Source: a virus (Duplodnaviria; Caudoviricetes). From it: 30,484 bases of DNA. Where the stretch lies: positions 1-30,484 of the IMG/VR virus record IMGVR_UViG_3300037467_001565; one strand, given 5' to 3'. Both the position numbers and the translations under genes were made by a program. Below are positions 16,911 through 25,438 of the stretch, in pieces; the first letter of the stretch is position 1; every line of letters begins with the position of its first letter. The notes under the pieces were generated by a model that made no database searches, was not told the DNA's origin, and saw only the letters and a program-made list of their open reading frames with translations.

Positions 16911-18065
16911 TTGAGCACGCCCATCACCCTTGCCTTCGCGGGCAACGCGGACGTCGACCTGGACAACGTCAAGGCCCTCCTCGGAGACCTCGTCGGAATC
17001 GGCGAGGAGGACGCGGACGGCTACCCCGCCGAGTCCGACCGCGAGATCAACCTGATCTTCCCCATCACCCGCAGCCACCTCTCCGACGGCCTGGAGACCG
17101 TCCTGAAGTGGTCGGAGTACGCCGACATCCCGTTCGTGGCCGTGGCCGACAACGCCCGCAGCCGTGCGACGGAGAGCATCCTCGGTGAGGCTGAGGAGGT
17201 CGTCCACAACGCCAACGTCACCGCGGGGGTCATCGACCTGCTGAAGAAGGCCGACAGCGACGGCCACGAGGTCAAGGTCATCCTGCTGTGGGGCGAAGAG
17301 GGCAGCGTAGAGGCCGAGCTGCTGCTGGACGCGGCCGAGCAGGCTGGCTTCAAGTCCTACGACCTCGCGGCCGGACTCGACGACATCTCCTTCGGAGACC
17401 CGCAGGGCAACGAGGAGCCCGAGCCGGAACCCGAGCCGGAGGAGCCCAAGCGCGGTCGCCGCCGCGGTCGTCGCAACGCCGAGCCTGAGCCGATGGAGCC
17501 CGAGGAGCAGCCGCTCACCGAGGATGAGCCGGAGGAGAAGCCCAAGCGCCGTGGTCGCAAGGCCGAGCCGGAGCCCGAGGCCCACCCGGTCGAGGAGGAC
17601 ATCGAGGAGCAGATCGACCGCGAGGCCCGCAAGGTCCAGCGGGAGACCGCACCGGTAGCCGACGAGGAGATCGACCTCCTGCTGGTCCGTACCGCTCTGG
17701 AGTCCGCCTACGCCGCCTTCCGGCTGGAGGACGAGCGCAGCGCGGTCATCAACCAGGCCGACGTGCGCGAGCGTCCGCTGACGGAACTCCTGCGCAAGGC
17801 TCTTCATACCCTCGGGGACGCGGCCGAGAAGGCCACCAGCGCCCCGGAGAAGGCCGAGGAGCCGGAGGCCGAGGAGAAGGAGCCGGAGGCCCCTCGCAGG
17901 CGTCGTGGACGGCCGCGTGACGAGGAGAAGACCTTCGACTTCCTTGAGGACGAAGAGGGCAACCTCACCCGCCGCGGTCGCGGACGGATCCCGCGCGGCA
18001 CGAAGGTCGTCAAGTTGACCCGTGCGGAGATCGAGGAGCGCGGGCTCGAACTCGACTCCGAGTAA
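16911..18065 (+). CDS. Acidic protein with several RGR/AT-hook-like motifs (putative DNA-binding/nucleoid protein)
   Basis: TTG start after GGAG. Globular N-terminal domain, then Glu/Pro-rich linkers with PKRGRRRGRR, PKRRGRK, RRRGRPR and RGRGRIP. Confidence 0.7.
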   Translation: MSTPITLAFAGNADVDLDNVKALLGDLVGIGEEDADGYPAESDREINLIFPITRSHLSDGLETVLKWSEYADIPFVAVADNARSRATESILGEAEEVVHNANVTAGVIDLLKKADSDGHEVKVILLWGEEGSVEAELLLDAAEQAGFKSYDLAAGLDDISFGDPQGNEEPEPEPEPEEPKRGRRRGRRNAEPEPMEPEEQPLTEDEPEEKPKRRGRKAEPEPEAHPVEEDIEEQIDREARKVQRETAPVADEEIDLLLVRTALESAYAAFRLEDERSAVINQADVRERPLTELLRKALHTLGDAAEKATSAPEKAEEPEAEEKEPEAPRRRRGRPRDEEKTFDFLEDEEGNLTRRGRGRIPRGTKVVKLTRAEIEERGLELDSE

Positions 18066-18072
18066 GCAACGC

Positions 18073-18128
18073 AAAGGCCCCCAGCGCTGACGAGGTCTGA
18101 GACCTACAAGTCACTGCTGGGGGCCTTT
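18073..18128 (+). terminator. Long stem-loop (terminator or RNA processing site)
   Basis: AAAGGCCCCCAGC (18073-85) pairs with GCTGGGGGCCTTT (18116-28). Nested inner stems TGAC/GTCA and AGGTC/GACCT. Confidence 0.65.
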
Positions 18129-18203
18129 GTCCACCACACCCCGGAGCCCACCACAAACCCCGGGAACGGTCCGAAAGGACCAGGCGAGAGAAAGGTTACC
18201 AGG

Positions 18204-18248
18204 ATGGCATCACTTCATACCTATTGCTCGCTCGGAGCGGCCGAGTGA
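18204..18248 (+). CDS. Putative 14-aa upstream ORF (MASLHTYCSLGAAE) coupled to the replication initiator
   Basis: ATG preceded by purine-rich GAGAGAAAGG. Its TGA overlaps the initiator GTG (GTGA). Carries CTTCATACC in frame. Confidence 0.4.
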   Translation: MASLHTYCSLGAAE

Positions 18249-19333
18249 GCATCCTTCGCGTCAAGCGCACCAAGGGATACACCACTATCCCCAACTCCGC
18301 CCTGTGCGACTCCCGGCTTTCCTTCCGAGCACGAGGCGTGCTGGCCTTCCTGCTGGCTAAGCCGGACGACTGGGAGACCAGAACCACGGACCTTCCGCGG
18401 ACCCCGGAGACTCCCAACGTAGAAGGCAGAGACGCTGTCCGCACAGCGCTGAAGGAGCTGCGCGAGCTGGGCTACATGAGCCAGGAGCGCGAGCAGTACC
18501 GGGACGAGGAGACGGGCAAGTGGCTCTGGCGAACAGTCACCGTAGTGCGGGATTTTCCGGAGCCTGAAAACCCGTCGCCGGAAGACGTACCGAGAACGGA
18601 TTCCCAGGCGTCGGAGAGTAGTTGTCATATACCAACTAAGGAGGAGGCTTCCGAAGACGGGTTTTCAGGCGCTCTCCTACTACCTAACTACATAACTACT
18701 AATAGCCAGGTAGTAATAGAGAAGACTACGTCTTCTCCACCGCGCCGACCGGCGCGGTCAGATCCTGACCAGGCTGAGGAGACCTCCAGGAGGCCAGGCG
18801 GGAAAGGGTGGGACGCGGTGCGTCCTGTCTACCGGCCCAAGAAGAAGACCAAGCGGCAGCAGGCTGAGGAAGCAGCCCAGGCGGAGAAGGAACTGGACCC
18901 GGCTTACGTCGTGGCCCAGGCTCTCGGCGAGGATGACCCGGCAGACAGTCCAGGCGACCGTCTCCCGGCCTCGGACGATGATCTGGCCCCTCCGGTCCGG
19001 CGAGGTCGTAAACCACGCTCCCTGCGGCCTTCTGAGGTCCTGGCCTCGTTCTTCGACAAGCGGGCCCAGGAGGTAGGCCACCCGGTCCCCGGCACGACCA
19101 ACCTCGGAGCCCTCTCCGGCAACTTCGGCCGGTGGATGCGCGAGGGGACCACGAAGGAAGAGATCACCAAGATGATCATCACCTACTGGTCCTCGTCCTG
19201 GCAGCGCTCGGAGAACGTACCGGCCTGGAAGGACTTCCTCGCCCAGCGCGGTCTCCTCGCCGGGCGCCAGGCCAAGGTCGAGAAGGTCAACGAGATGGAA
19301 GCGAATCGCTTCAACGAGGACTACTGGTCCTGA
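18245..19333 (+). CDS. Replication initiator protein (N-terminal winged HTH, lambda O/DnaD-like architecture)
   Basis: YTTIPNSALCDSRLSFRARGVLAFLL.KPDDW...GRDAVRTALKELRELGY is typical of actinophage initiators. Lies directly upstream of a DnaC-like loader and DnaB. Confidence 0.78.
   Translation: MSILRVKRTKGYTTIPNSALCDSRLSFRARGVLAFLLAKPDDWETRTTDLPRTPETPNVEGRDAVRTALKELRELGYMSQEREQYRDEETGKWLWRTVTVVRDFPEPENPSPEDVPRTDSQASESSCHIPTKEEASEDGFSGALLLPNYITTNSQVVIEKTTSSPPRRPARSDPDQAEETSRRPGGKGWDAVRPVYRPKKKTKRQQAEEAAQAEKELDPAYVVAQALGEDDPADSPGDRLPASDDDLAPPVRRGRKPRSLRPSEVLASFFDKRAQEVGHPVPGTTNLGALSGNFGRWMREGTTKEEITKMIITYWSSSWQRSENVPAWKDFLAQRGLLAGRQAKVEKVNEMEANRFNEDYWS
18562..18730. other. Probable replication origin inside the initiator gene
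   Basis: 15-bp perfect inverted repeat GCCTGAAAACCCGTC (18562-76) / GACGGGTTTTCAGGC (18656-70), a degenerate copy ACGGATTCCCAGGCG (18596-18610), an inner palindrome TAGTTG/CAACTA (18619-38), and an adjacent AT-rich TACTACCTAACTACATAACTACTAATAG tract. Confidence 0.62.
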
Positions 19334-19342
19334 CCGGCCCCC

Positions 19343-19386
19343 GAAGGGGCGGGCTGCTGCGATGGCGGACCGCCCCTTCTTCATTC
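19343..19386 (+). terminator. Stem-loop terminator after the initiator gene
   Basis: GAAGGGGCGG (19343-52) pairs with CCGCCCCTTC (19370-79), followed by TTCATT. Confidence 0.65.
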
Positions 19387-19387
19387 A

Positions 19388-19424
19388 GAATCGATACCCT
19401 TGAACCGATACCGCGTGCTAGCAT
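19388..19424 (+). promoter_or_regulatory. Tandem GAAYCGATACC boxes plus an extended -10-like element
   Basis: GAATCGATACC (19388-98) and GAACCGATACC (19402-12), 14-bp period, then TG-C-TAGCAT (19416-24). Confidence 0.6.
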
Positions 19425-19460
19425 CCTGTCTCGCAGTTCCCACCACCACGAGGAGGTTCC

Positions 19461-20123
19461 ATGGCGACTGACCCCCGGGTCCACGCGCTGCGCATGGCGG
19501 AGTACCAGATCCCCATGCGGCTGCGCCATCTCCGGCTTCATACCTTGGCGGACTCGCCCCACAAGGCGGTCTGCCAGAGCTGGTTGGACGAGCTGCGGGA
19601 CCACTTCGTCACCGACAAGCGGCCCCTGGAGGAGTACCCCGAGGACTGGTCCAAGATCGGCCGCGGCCTGCTCTTCATGGGCCCTCCCGGCACCGGCAAG
19701 ACCTCCCTGGCCACGGCCGTGCTGCTGGAGATCTACTACGCCAAGCGGCTGCCGGTGTTCTTCATGGCCTACGCCGAGTACGTGGCCATGTCGATCGAGC
19801 AGTTCGGCCTCCAGGACAAGAAGGAACCTGAAGCCGTCCACCGCTGGTGGGAGATCGAGGACACTCTCAACGCTGCCCGCATGGCACCCGTGCTGCTGCT
19901 GGACGACGTCGGTAAAGAGCACCGGACCAAGACCGGCTACGCGGAGAACGAGCTGGACCAGCTCCTACGCCTTCGGCACCGCGAGGGACGGCCGACGCTC
20001 ATCACCTCCAACGTCCCTCCGCGGGACTGGGGGAGCGTCTACCACGAGTCGATGGGCTCCTTCATCAAGGAGGCCTTCACTCACGTGACCGTGGTGGGGG
20101 AGGACCGCCGTGGAGCGCGGTGA
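19461..20123 (+). CDS. DnaC/IstB-like AAA+ helicase loader
   Basis: Walker A GPPGTGKT, Walker B LLLDDVGKE, R.REGRPTLITSN; GAGGAGG RBS. Confidence 0.9.
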   Translation: MATDPRVHALRMAEYQIPMRLRHLRLHTLADSPHKAVCQSWLDELRDHFVTDKRPLEEYPEDWSKIGRGLLFMGPPGTGKTSLATAVLLEIYYAKRLPVFFMAYAEYVAMSIEQFGLQDKKEPEAVHRWWEIEDTLNAARMAPVLLLDDVGKEHRTKTGYAENELDQLLRLRHREGRPTLITSNVPPRDWGSVYHESMGSFIKEAFTHVTVVGEDRRGAR

Positions 20124-20568
20124 CATATCGAACGAGGTCGTACCGCGACTCTTGATCGCCTTCGAGGGCATGCTCGGGATCCTCCCCGAGAAGCCCAATG
20201 GTCGCGTCGTCGAGACGATCACCCGCAAGTTCGGGCGACGGGAGAAGGCTGCCCAGCGGTCCGTGGACGCCTACGAGATCAACGACGCCCTGGCCCGGGT
20301 CATCTGGGACACCACGTGGCGCCACAAGTACTCGGTCGACGTCGTCACGTACCTCGGAGAGGACGCTGTAGCGCCTCTGGAGGCCCGTCTGGACGTCGAG
20401 GGGCTTCCCATTGGCCGCGTGTGGTCGACGACCCCTGAGCGGCTTGCCAGGCGCCTTCCCTACATGCCGGACGTCGCGGCCGTCTTCGACAACGAACACC
20501 ACCTGGTCTACGGCAGCAAGGGGCGCATGCTCCCGGCCATACCCACCACCCTGATAGGAGCGCTGTAG
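20110..20568 (+). CDS. Hypothetical protein (possibly degenerate HAD-like fold)
   Basis: 152 aa, coupled on both sides, GGAGG RBS. LLIAFEGML resembles a HAD motif I lacking the catalytic Asp residues. Confidence 0.65.
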   Translation: MERGDISNEVVPRLLIAFEGMLGILPEKPNGRVVETITRKFGRREKAAQRSVDAYEINDALARVIWDTTWRHKYSVDVVTYLGEDAVAPLEARLDVEGLPIGRVWSTTPERLARRLPYMPDVAAVFDNEHHLVYGSKGRMLPAIPTTLIGAL

Positions 20569-21839
20569 TGGCGGACTTCGAGCGCCTGCTCGTCTCCCGC
20601 ATTATCCAGGACAAGGACCTGGCCGATGTGGCAGACGCAGGTATCACCCCGGCCTTCTTCGGCGACCCGGAGAACAAGCGGGTCTTCCAGGCCATCCTCC
20701 GGCACAAGGGGACCTACGGAGAGGTCCCGAGCCTCACCACCATCAAGACCGACTTCCCCACCTACAAGTTCGTCCGCGTCGAGGACAGCATGCAGGTGCT
20801 GACCGACCGGATCAGGGAACTTCATACCTTGGCCCTGCTGGAGCAGGGCCTGGCCGACTCGGTCGACGCCCACGAGGAGGGCAACGCCCTGGCCGCCATG
20901 GCCGCGCTGCACAAAACCCTTGCGGACATCGCCGCCGCGGTGCCCAACGCCCGCGACACCGATCTGACCGAGACCGGCCAGGCCCGTCTGGCGCGCTACC
21001 TCGCGCTCAAGGACCTGCCCGACGGCCTGCGAGGCATCCCAACCGGCTTCGCGACGATCGACCGTGCCACCCAGGGCCTCCAGAAGGAGCAACTGGTCAC
21101 CTTCGTCGGCCCGCCGAAGGCTGGTAAGTCGACGCTGCTTCTGCTGGCCGCCATGTCCGCCCACCTGCACGGCGAGCGTCCGCTGTTCATCGGCTTCGAG
21201 ATGAGCAACGAGGAGCAGGAGGAACGTTTCGACGCCATCCGCGCGGGGATTTCCCACGCCCGGCTGAGGAACGGCACCCTCAAGAAGTCCGAGTGGGACA
21301 AACTCGAAAGGGCTCTGCGGGAACTGGAGGCCATGCCTTCGTTCTTCCTTTCCTCGGACTCCATGAATGCGACGACGCTTACCGGTGTGCAGTCGAAGAT
21401 CGACCACATTCGGCCGACGATCGTATTCGTGGACGGCATCTACATGATGCAGGACGAACTCGGCGAGGCTCAGGGATCCAGTCAGGCGCTTACCAACCTC
21501 ACCCGAGGGTTCAAGCGCATGGCGAAGAACCTGCAACTCCCGATCGTCATTTCCACGCAGGTCCTTGAGTGGAAGATGAACAAGAAGAAGGGCATCACCT
21601 CCGACTCGATCGGATATTCGTCCTCCTTCGCCCAGGACTCCGACGTGATTCTCGGTGTCGAGTGCACGGAGGAGACGGACATCAACAAGTTGAAGGTCGT
21701 CCTGGCCCGTAACTGCCCGCCCCTGGAGACCTTCGTCCAGTGGGACTGGGAATCGGGACAATTTGAAGAGCTGAACGAGGACCCGTTCGCAATGGATGAC
21801 GCGGAAGGCTGGCAGGAAGATGCCATCGCAGCCTACTGA
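20568..21839 (+). CDS. dnaB: DnaB-like replicative helicase
   Basis: GIPTGF..ID..TQGL, GPPKAGKS, FEMS, IVFVDGIYMM, IVISTQ and SSSFAQDSDVILG motifs. Confidence 0.93.
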   Translation: MADFERLLVSRIIQDKDLADVADAGITPAFFGDPENKRVFQAILRHKGTYGEVPSLTTIKTDFPTYKFVRVEDSMQVLTDRIRELHTLALLEQGLADSVDAHEEGNALAAMAALHKTLADIAAAVPNARDTDLTETGQARLARYLALKDLPDGLRGIPTGFATIDRATQGLQKEQLVTFVGPPKAGKSTLLLLAAMSAHLHGERPLFIGFEMSNEEQEERFDAIRAGISHARLRNGTLKKSEWDKLERALRELEAMPSFFLSSDSMNATTLTGVQSKIDHIRPTIVFVDGIYMMQDELGEAQGSSQALTNLTRGFKRMAKNLQLPIVISTQVLEWKMNKKKGITSDSIGYSSSFAQDSDVILGVECTEETDINKLKVVLARNCPPLETFVQWDWESGQFEELNEDPFAMDDAEGWQEDAIAAY

Positions 21840-22074
21840 GAGACGCACGCTCGTATTCGCAGGGAACTATCGGGAATTCGCGCACTGGTGCCGAGAGAAC
21901 GGCAGGAATCCCCACGACAGGAATCTCATCTACGCGAGCGAATGGTACCGGCTGCAAGGCCTCAGCGATATAGACGTGGTGTATTACGGCACGTACTACC
22001 TGCGCCGTGACTACGACAAGATCATGGAAGCGATCCACTGGATAGGGAGAAGGAGTAAGAGTGCCCAGGGCTAA
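21820..22074 (+). CDS. Hypothetical protein (84 aa, aromatic-rich)
   Basis: ATG after GGCAGGAAG; fills the gap between helicase and primase; lower GC than its neighbours. Confidence 0.55.
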   Translation: MPSQPTERRTLVFAGNYREFAHWCRENGRNPHDRNLIYASEWYRLQGLSDIDVVYYGTYYLRRDYDKIMEAIHWIGRRSKSAQG

Positions 22075-23017
22075 AGCCAAGGGGTGGGATGCAGTAGGTA
22101 CTCCGGTACCCGGTAACGTCACCGCCTGCCTCGACGAAATCGGTCTGGAGTACAAGGTCCAGGGCGACGAAATACACATGCCGTGCCCCATGCATGAGGC
22201 GCGGATTGGAAAGAAAGACCGAAGCCCATCCTTCTCTATAAACTCCGACGCTGGCTATTTCAACTGCTTCTCCTGCGGATACCGCGGCCCGTTCGTCGTC
22301 CTGGTAAAGGACGTGCTGGAGATCCCGCACGCCGACGCGGTGATGTGGGTCCGTCAGCGCGGCGGGATCGAGAAGGTCAAGAAGTTCCTGGCCAAGAAGC
22401 AGCCGAGCCAGGTCGACACCAGTAAGCAGATCAACGAGGCGTCGCTGGCCTTGTACGTCACTCCGCCGATCGAGGTCTGCGCCAAGCGCCAGTTCCTCCC
22501 GCAGGACGCGGAGGAGTGTGGCGTGCTCTGGGACAAGAAGCGGAAGATGTGGATCATCCCCGTGCGCTGCCCGGACACGGGCCTCTTGTGGGGCTGGCAG
22601 GAGAAGAACGAGAGGTACTTCCGCAACCGGCCGCCGTCCATGACCAAGAGCCAGACCCTGTTCGGGCTTCATACCTACGAGGGTGACCTCGCCATCCTGG
22701 TGGAGTCCCCTCTGGACGTGGTACGGCTGCGGTCCGCTGGCTACACCGCCGGGCTCGCGTCCTTCGGCGCCGGAGTCTCCGACGCCCAGATGAGCCTGAT
22801 CCGCGACCACTTCGACACCGTGGTCATCGCGCTGGACAACGACAAGGCCGGGTCTGAGGCATGCGCCCGGCTGCGCAAGGAGTGGACCGGACGCGGACTC
22901 ACCCTCCGCTTCCTCGACTACAGCCTGACCGACGCCAAAGACCCCGGCGACATGACGGACCTGGAACTCACGGACGCCATCAACAACGCCTACTCCTCCG
23001 TCGTCGCCCGCTTCTAA
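22061..23017 (+). CDS. dnaG: DNA primase (Zn-finger plus TOPRIM)
   Basis: CPMH...PSFSIN...FNCFSCG zinc finger; LVESPLDV, ALDNDKAG and KDPGD TOPRIM motifs; AAGGAG RBS. Confidence 0.9.
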   Translation: MPRAKAKGWDAVGTPVPGNVTACLDEIGLEYKVQGDEIHMPCPMHEARIGKKDRSPSFSINSDAGYFNCFSCGYRGPFVVLVKDVLEIPHADAVMWVRQRGGIEKVKKFLAKKQPSQVDTSKQINEASLALYVTPPIEVCAKRQFLPQDAEECGVLWDKKRKMWIIPVRCPDTGLLWGWQEKNERYFRNRPPSMTKSQTLFGLHTYEGDLAILVESPLDVVRLRSAGYTAGLASFGAGVSDAQMSLIRDHFDTVVIALDNDKAGSEACARLRKEWTGRGLTLRFLDYSLTDAKDPGDMTDLELTDAINNAYSSVVARF

Positions 23018-23027
23018 GGAGACACCT

Positions 23028-23231
23028 ATGCAACCCAAGAAACGACTTCATACCTGCGGCAAGCGCCGGTTCCGCGACCGCGTCTCTGCCGTACTCGACA
23101 TGCAGCGGATCCAGCGCAAGCACGACGCCGACCGCGACAAGGTCCCCTGCCGGGTCTACGAGTGCCCGCGGTGCAAGGGCTTCCACATGACGTCCCAGCC
23201 CGTGCCGGAGGTGCCTCATGCAGGCGCCTGA
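23028..23231 (+). CDS. Small Zn-binding hypothetical protein
   Basis: CGKRRF...RVYECPRCKGFHMTS; AAGGAG RBS. Confidence 0.75.
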   Translation: MQPKKRLHTCGKRRFRDRVSAVLDMQRIQRKHDADRDKVPCRVYECPRCKGFHMTSQPVPEVPHAGA

Positions 23232-23514
23232 CGGATGGGAACACCTCGGCGCAGACTTCTGGAACCGCGTCGAGCCGGACCCTGACTCCTCCTGTTTGAT
23301 ATTCCAGTCGACCGCCACCCGGGCCTCGTATAACGGCAAGACGCTGCTGTCATACATCACCGGGGGAGACGGCCGACAGAAGCACCGGTCCTGCCGACGG
23401 CGTATGTGCGCGAACCCCGACCACATCGCCGACGGGCACTTCGACATGGGCACCCCGTATGCCCCGCGCCCGCGCACGCAGCGGCAGTTCTCCCGGCAGT
23501 ACTCGCAGTGTTGA
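23218..23514 (+). CDS. HNH (His-Me finger) endonuclease-like protein, possibly degenerate
   Basis: FWNRVE...SCLIF and HRSCRRRMCANPDHI resemble the HNH protein at 30027; GGAGG RBS. Confidence 0.6.
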   Translation: MQAPDGWEHLGADFWNRVEPDPDSSCLIFQSTATRASYNGKTLLSYITGGDGRQKHRSCRRRMCANPDHIADGHFDMGTPYAPRPRTQRQFSRQYSQC

Positions 23515-25151
23515 ACGTCGACCTCCACGTTTATCAAGAGGATGCGGTGGACCGCGCCATCGAGCGCGGTTCCCTCTTGATCGCGTACGAGATGGGCCTG
23601 GGCAAGACCGTGATTGCCCTGGCCGCCGTAGAGGAGCTGCTGGCGCTGGAGGAGGTCGAGACCGCGGTCGTCGTGGTCCCGGCCAACCTGAAGTACCAGT
23701 GGGCCAAGTCCATAGCCAAGTTGACGGACGTCGCCACCCGAACCATCCGGGTCCGGGAGGACGGCCAGACGCAGGAGATCACCGTACCGACCGAGGAGTA
23801 CTGCGTCCTGGTCGACGGCGACCCGAAGAAGCGGGCCGCCCAGTACACGAAGATCAAGACGTACCGGCCGGACTACGTCATCCTCGGCTACGAGAACGTC
23901 GTCAACGACTGGAACTACGTCAGGAGGATCAAGCCCGAGTGCCTGGTGCTGGACGAGATCACTGCGATCAAGACGTTCAAGGCGCAGCGGACGAGGAAGA
24001 TCAAGCGTCTAACAGCGGCGTACCGCTTCGGTCTAACAGGCACCCCGGTGGAGAACGGCAAGCCGGAGGAACTGTTCAGCATCATGCAGTGGGTGGACGC
24101 CGACGTGCTGGGCCGCTTCGACCTGTTTGACAAGACGTACATCAACAGGAACAAGTTCGGTGGCGTCCAGAACTACAAGAACCTGCCTGTACTACACGCC
24201 AAGCTGGCCAACGCCATGGTGCGTAAAACACGGCTGGACGATGACGTGCGCCCGTACCTCCCGGAGGTCCAGGAGTCCACCATCCCGGTCATCCTGGACG
24301 CGAAGACGCGGAAGGCGTACAAGCGGATCTCGGAAGACTTGCTCGGTGAGCTGCGCGCGGCCGGGCCGTCGATGGGTGAGTTCGATCTGTTCGCGCACTA
24401 CCACGGAGGAGAGACACCGAACGAGAACAGCCAGCAGGGCAAGATCATGGCGCGCATGCAGGCTCTCGACATGCTGCTGAACCATCCGGACCTGGTCATC
24501 CAGTCCGGCCAGCGGTATGAGGAGAGCGAACTGGCCCGCCAGGGCGGGGCGAAGAAGAAGACCTGGCCTGGCTCGAAGTACTGCTATGAGGTGTGGCAGG
24601 AGGGCATCCTCGACGACGTCACGACCTCACCGAAGCTGGACGCGGTGGTCGCGGCCGTGGAGGACATCCTGGCCACCCGGGGCAACAAGGTCATCATCTT
24701 CTCGGTGAACCCAGACATGCTCGAACTGATCGAGGAGCGCCTGCCGGACGAGTGCGCGGTGTCCTACACCGGACGAATGAGCGGCGCAGCCAAGGCTTAC
24801 GCAGCCCAGCGGTTCGAGCAGGACCCCGGGTGCCGGGTGTTCCTGTCCAGCCACGCAGGCGCCTTCGGCACGGACTTGTTCATGGCCAACTACCTGATCA
24901 ACTACGACCTGGCCTGGAGCAGTGGCAAGCAGGACCAGATCAATGCCCGGCACAACAGGGCGAGCAGTCAGTTCAAGGACATCTACATCCTGAATGCCAT
25001 CACGGTGGGCACCACGGAGCCACGCAAGCTGTCCACGCTGGCGCACAAGCGGAGGGTGGGAAGCGCGATCACGGACGGCCGTGGGGCGGACGGCAAGGGT
25101 CGCATCGAGAACGACATCGAGACCCTGACTCAGTGCCTGGAGGCGGCGTAA
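23508..25151 (+). CDS. SNF2-family (SF2) helicase
   Basis: YEMGLGKT, VVVPANLKYQW, LDEI, GLTGTPVEN..EELFS, KVIIFS and LINYDLAWS...Q..AR..R motifs. Start is GTG 23508 or TTG 23511. Confidence 0.9.
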   Translation: MLNVDLHVYQEDAVDRAIERGSLLIAYEMGLGKTVIALAAVEELLALEEVETAVVVVPANLKYQWAKSIAKLTDVATRTIRVREDGQTQEITVPTEEYCVLVDGDPKKRAAQYTKIKTYRPDYVILGYENVVNDWNYVRRIKPECLVLDEITAIKTFKAQRTRKIKRLTAAYRFGLTGTPVENGKPEELFSIMQWVDADVLGRFDLFDKTYINRNKFGGVQNYKNLPVLHAKLANAMVRKTRLDDDVRPYLPEVQESTIPVILDAKTRKAYKRISEDLLGELRAAGPSMGEFDLFAHYHGGETPNENSQQGKIMARMQALDMLLNHPDLVIQSGQRYEESELARQGGAKKKTWPGSKYCYEVWQEGILDDVTTSPKLDAVVAAVEDILATRGNKVIIFSVNPDMLELIEERLPDECAVSYTGRMSGAAKAYAAQRFEQDPGCRVFLSSHAGAFGTDLFMANYLINYDLAWSSGKQDQINARHNRASSQFKDIYILNAITVGTTEPRKLSTLAHKRRVGSAITDGRGADGKGRIENDIETLTQCLEAA

Positions 25152-25216
25152 CTTTCAGGATCCCACGGTGGGCGTCAAGTGGTTCTAAGGCTACGATTGC
25201 GTGTCACCATGCAGTC

Positions 25217-25369
25217 ATGCGAGAAGAACCACTTGACGCCTTCCTGCGTGAAGGCCTGCGACAGCTCCTGAACCCTCCCGAGGAGCAAGAGGACTGGGAC
25301 ATGACGCCCACGCGCCTGGCCATCCGTTGCGAGGCCGACTCTGTAAATCGGCTGGCCGAAAGTGATTGA
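25217..25369 (+). CDS. Possible 50-aa hypothetical protein
   Basis: Open frame MREEPLDAFLREGLRQLL... fills the intergenic gap; no clear RBS. Confidence 0.3.
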   Translation: MREEPLDAFLREGLRQLLNPPEEQEDWDMTPTRLAIRCEADSVNRLAESD

Positions 25370-25394
25370 CGGCGCGAGTCGGGCGAACTAGATT
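25366..25394 (+). promoter_or_regulatory. Near-consensus sigma70/HrdB promoter
   Basis: TTGACG (25366-71), 17-nt spacer, TAGATT (25389-94), ending 44 nt upstream of ATG 25439. Confidence 0.8.
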
Positions 25395-25438
25395 CATCCC
25401 TGACGGATCTCGAACGGGAATCGAACAGGGAGGGTGCG

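Noticed and set aside
25384-25426. LexA/SOS box from CGAAC half-sites near the 25366 promoter
   Set aside because: Only direct half-sites are present. No CGAAC-N4-GTTCG palindrome, so SOS control is unsupported.
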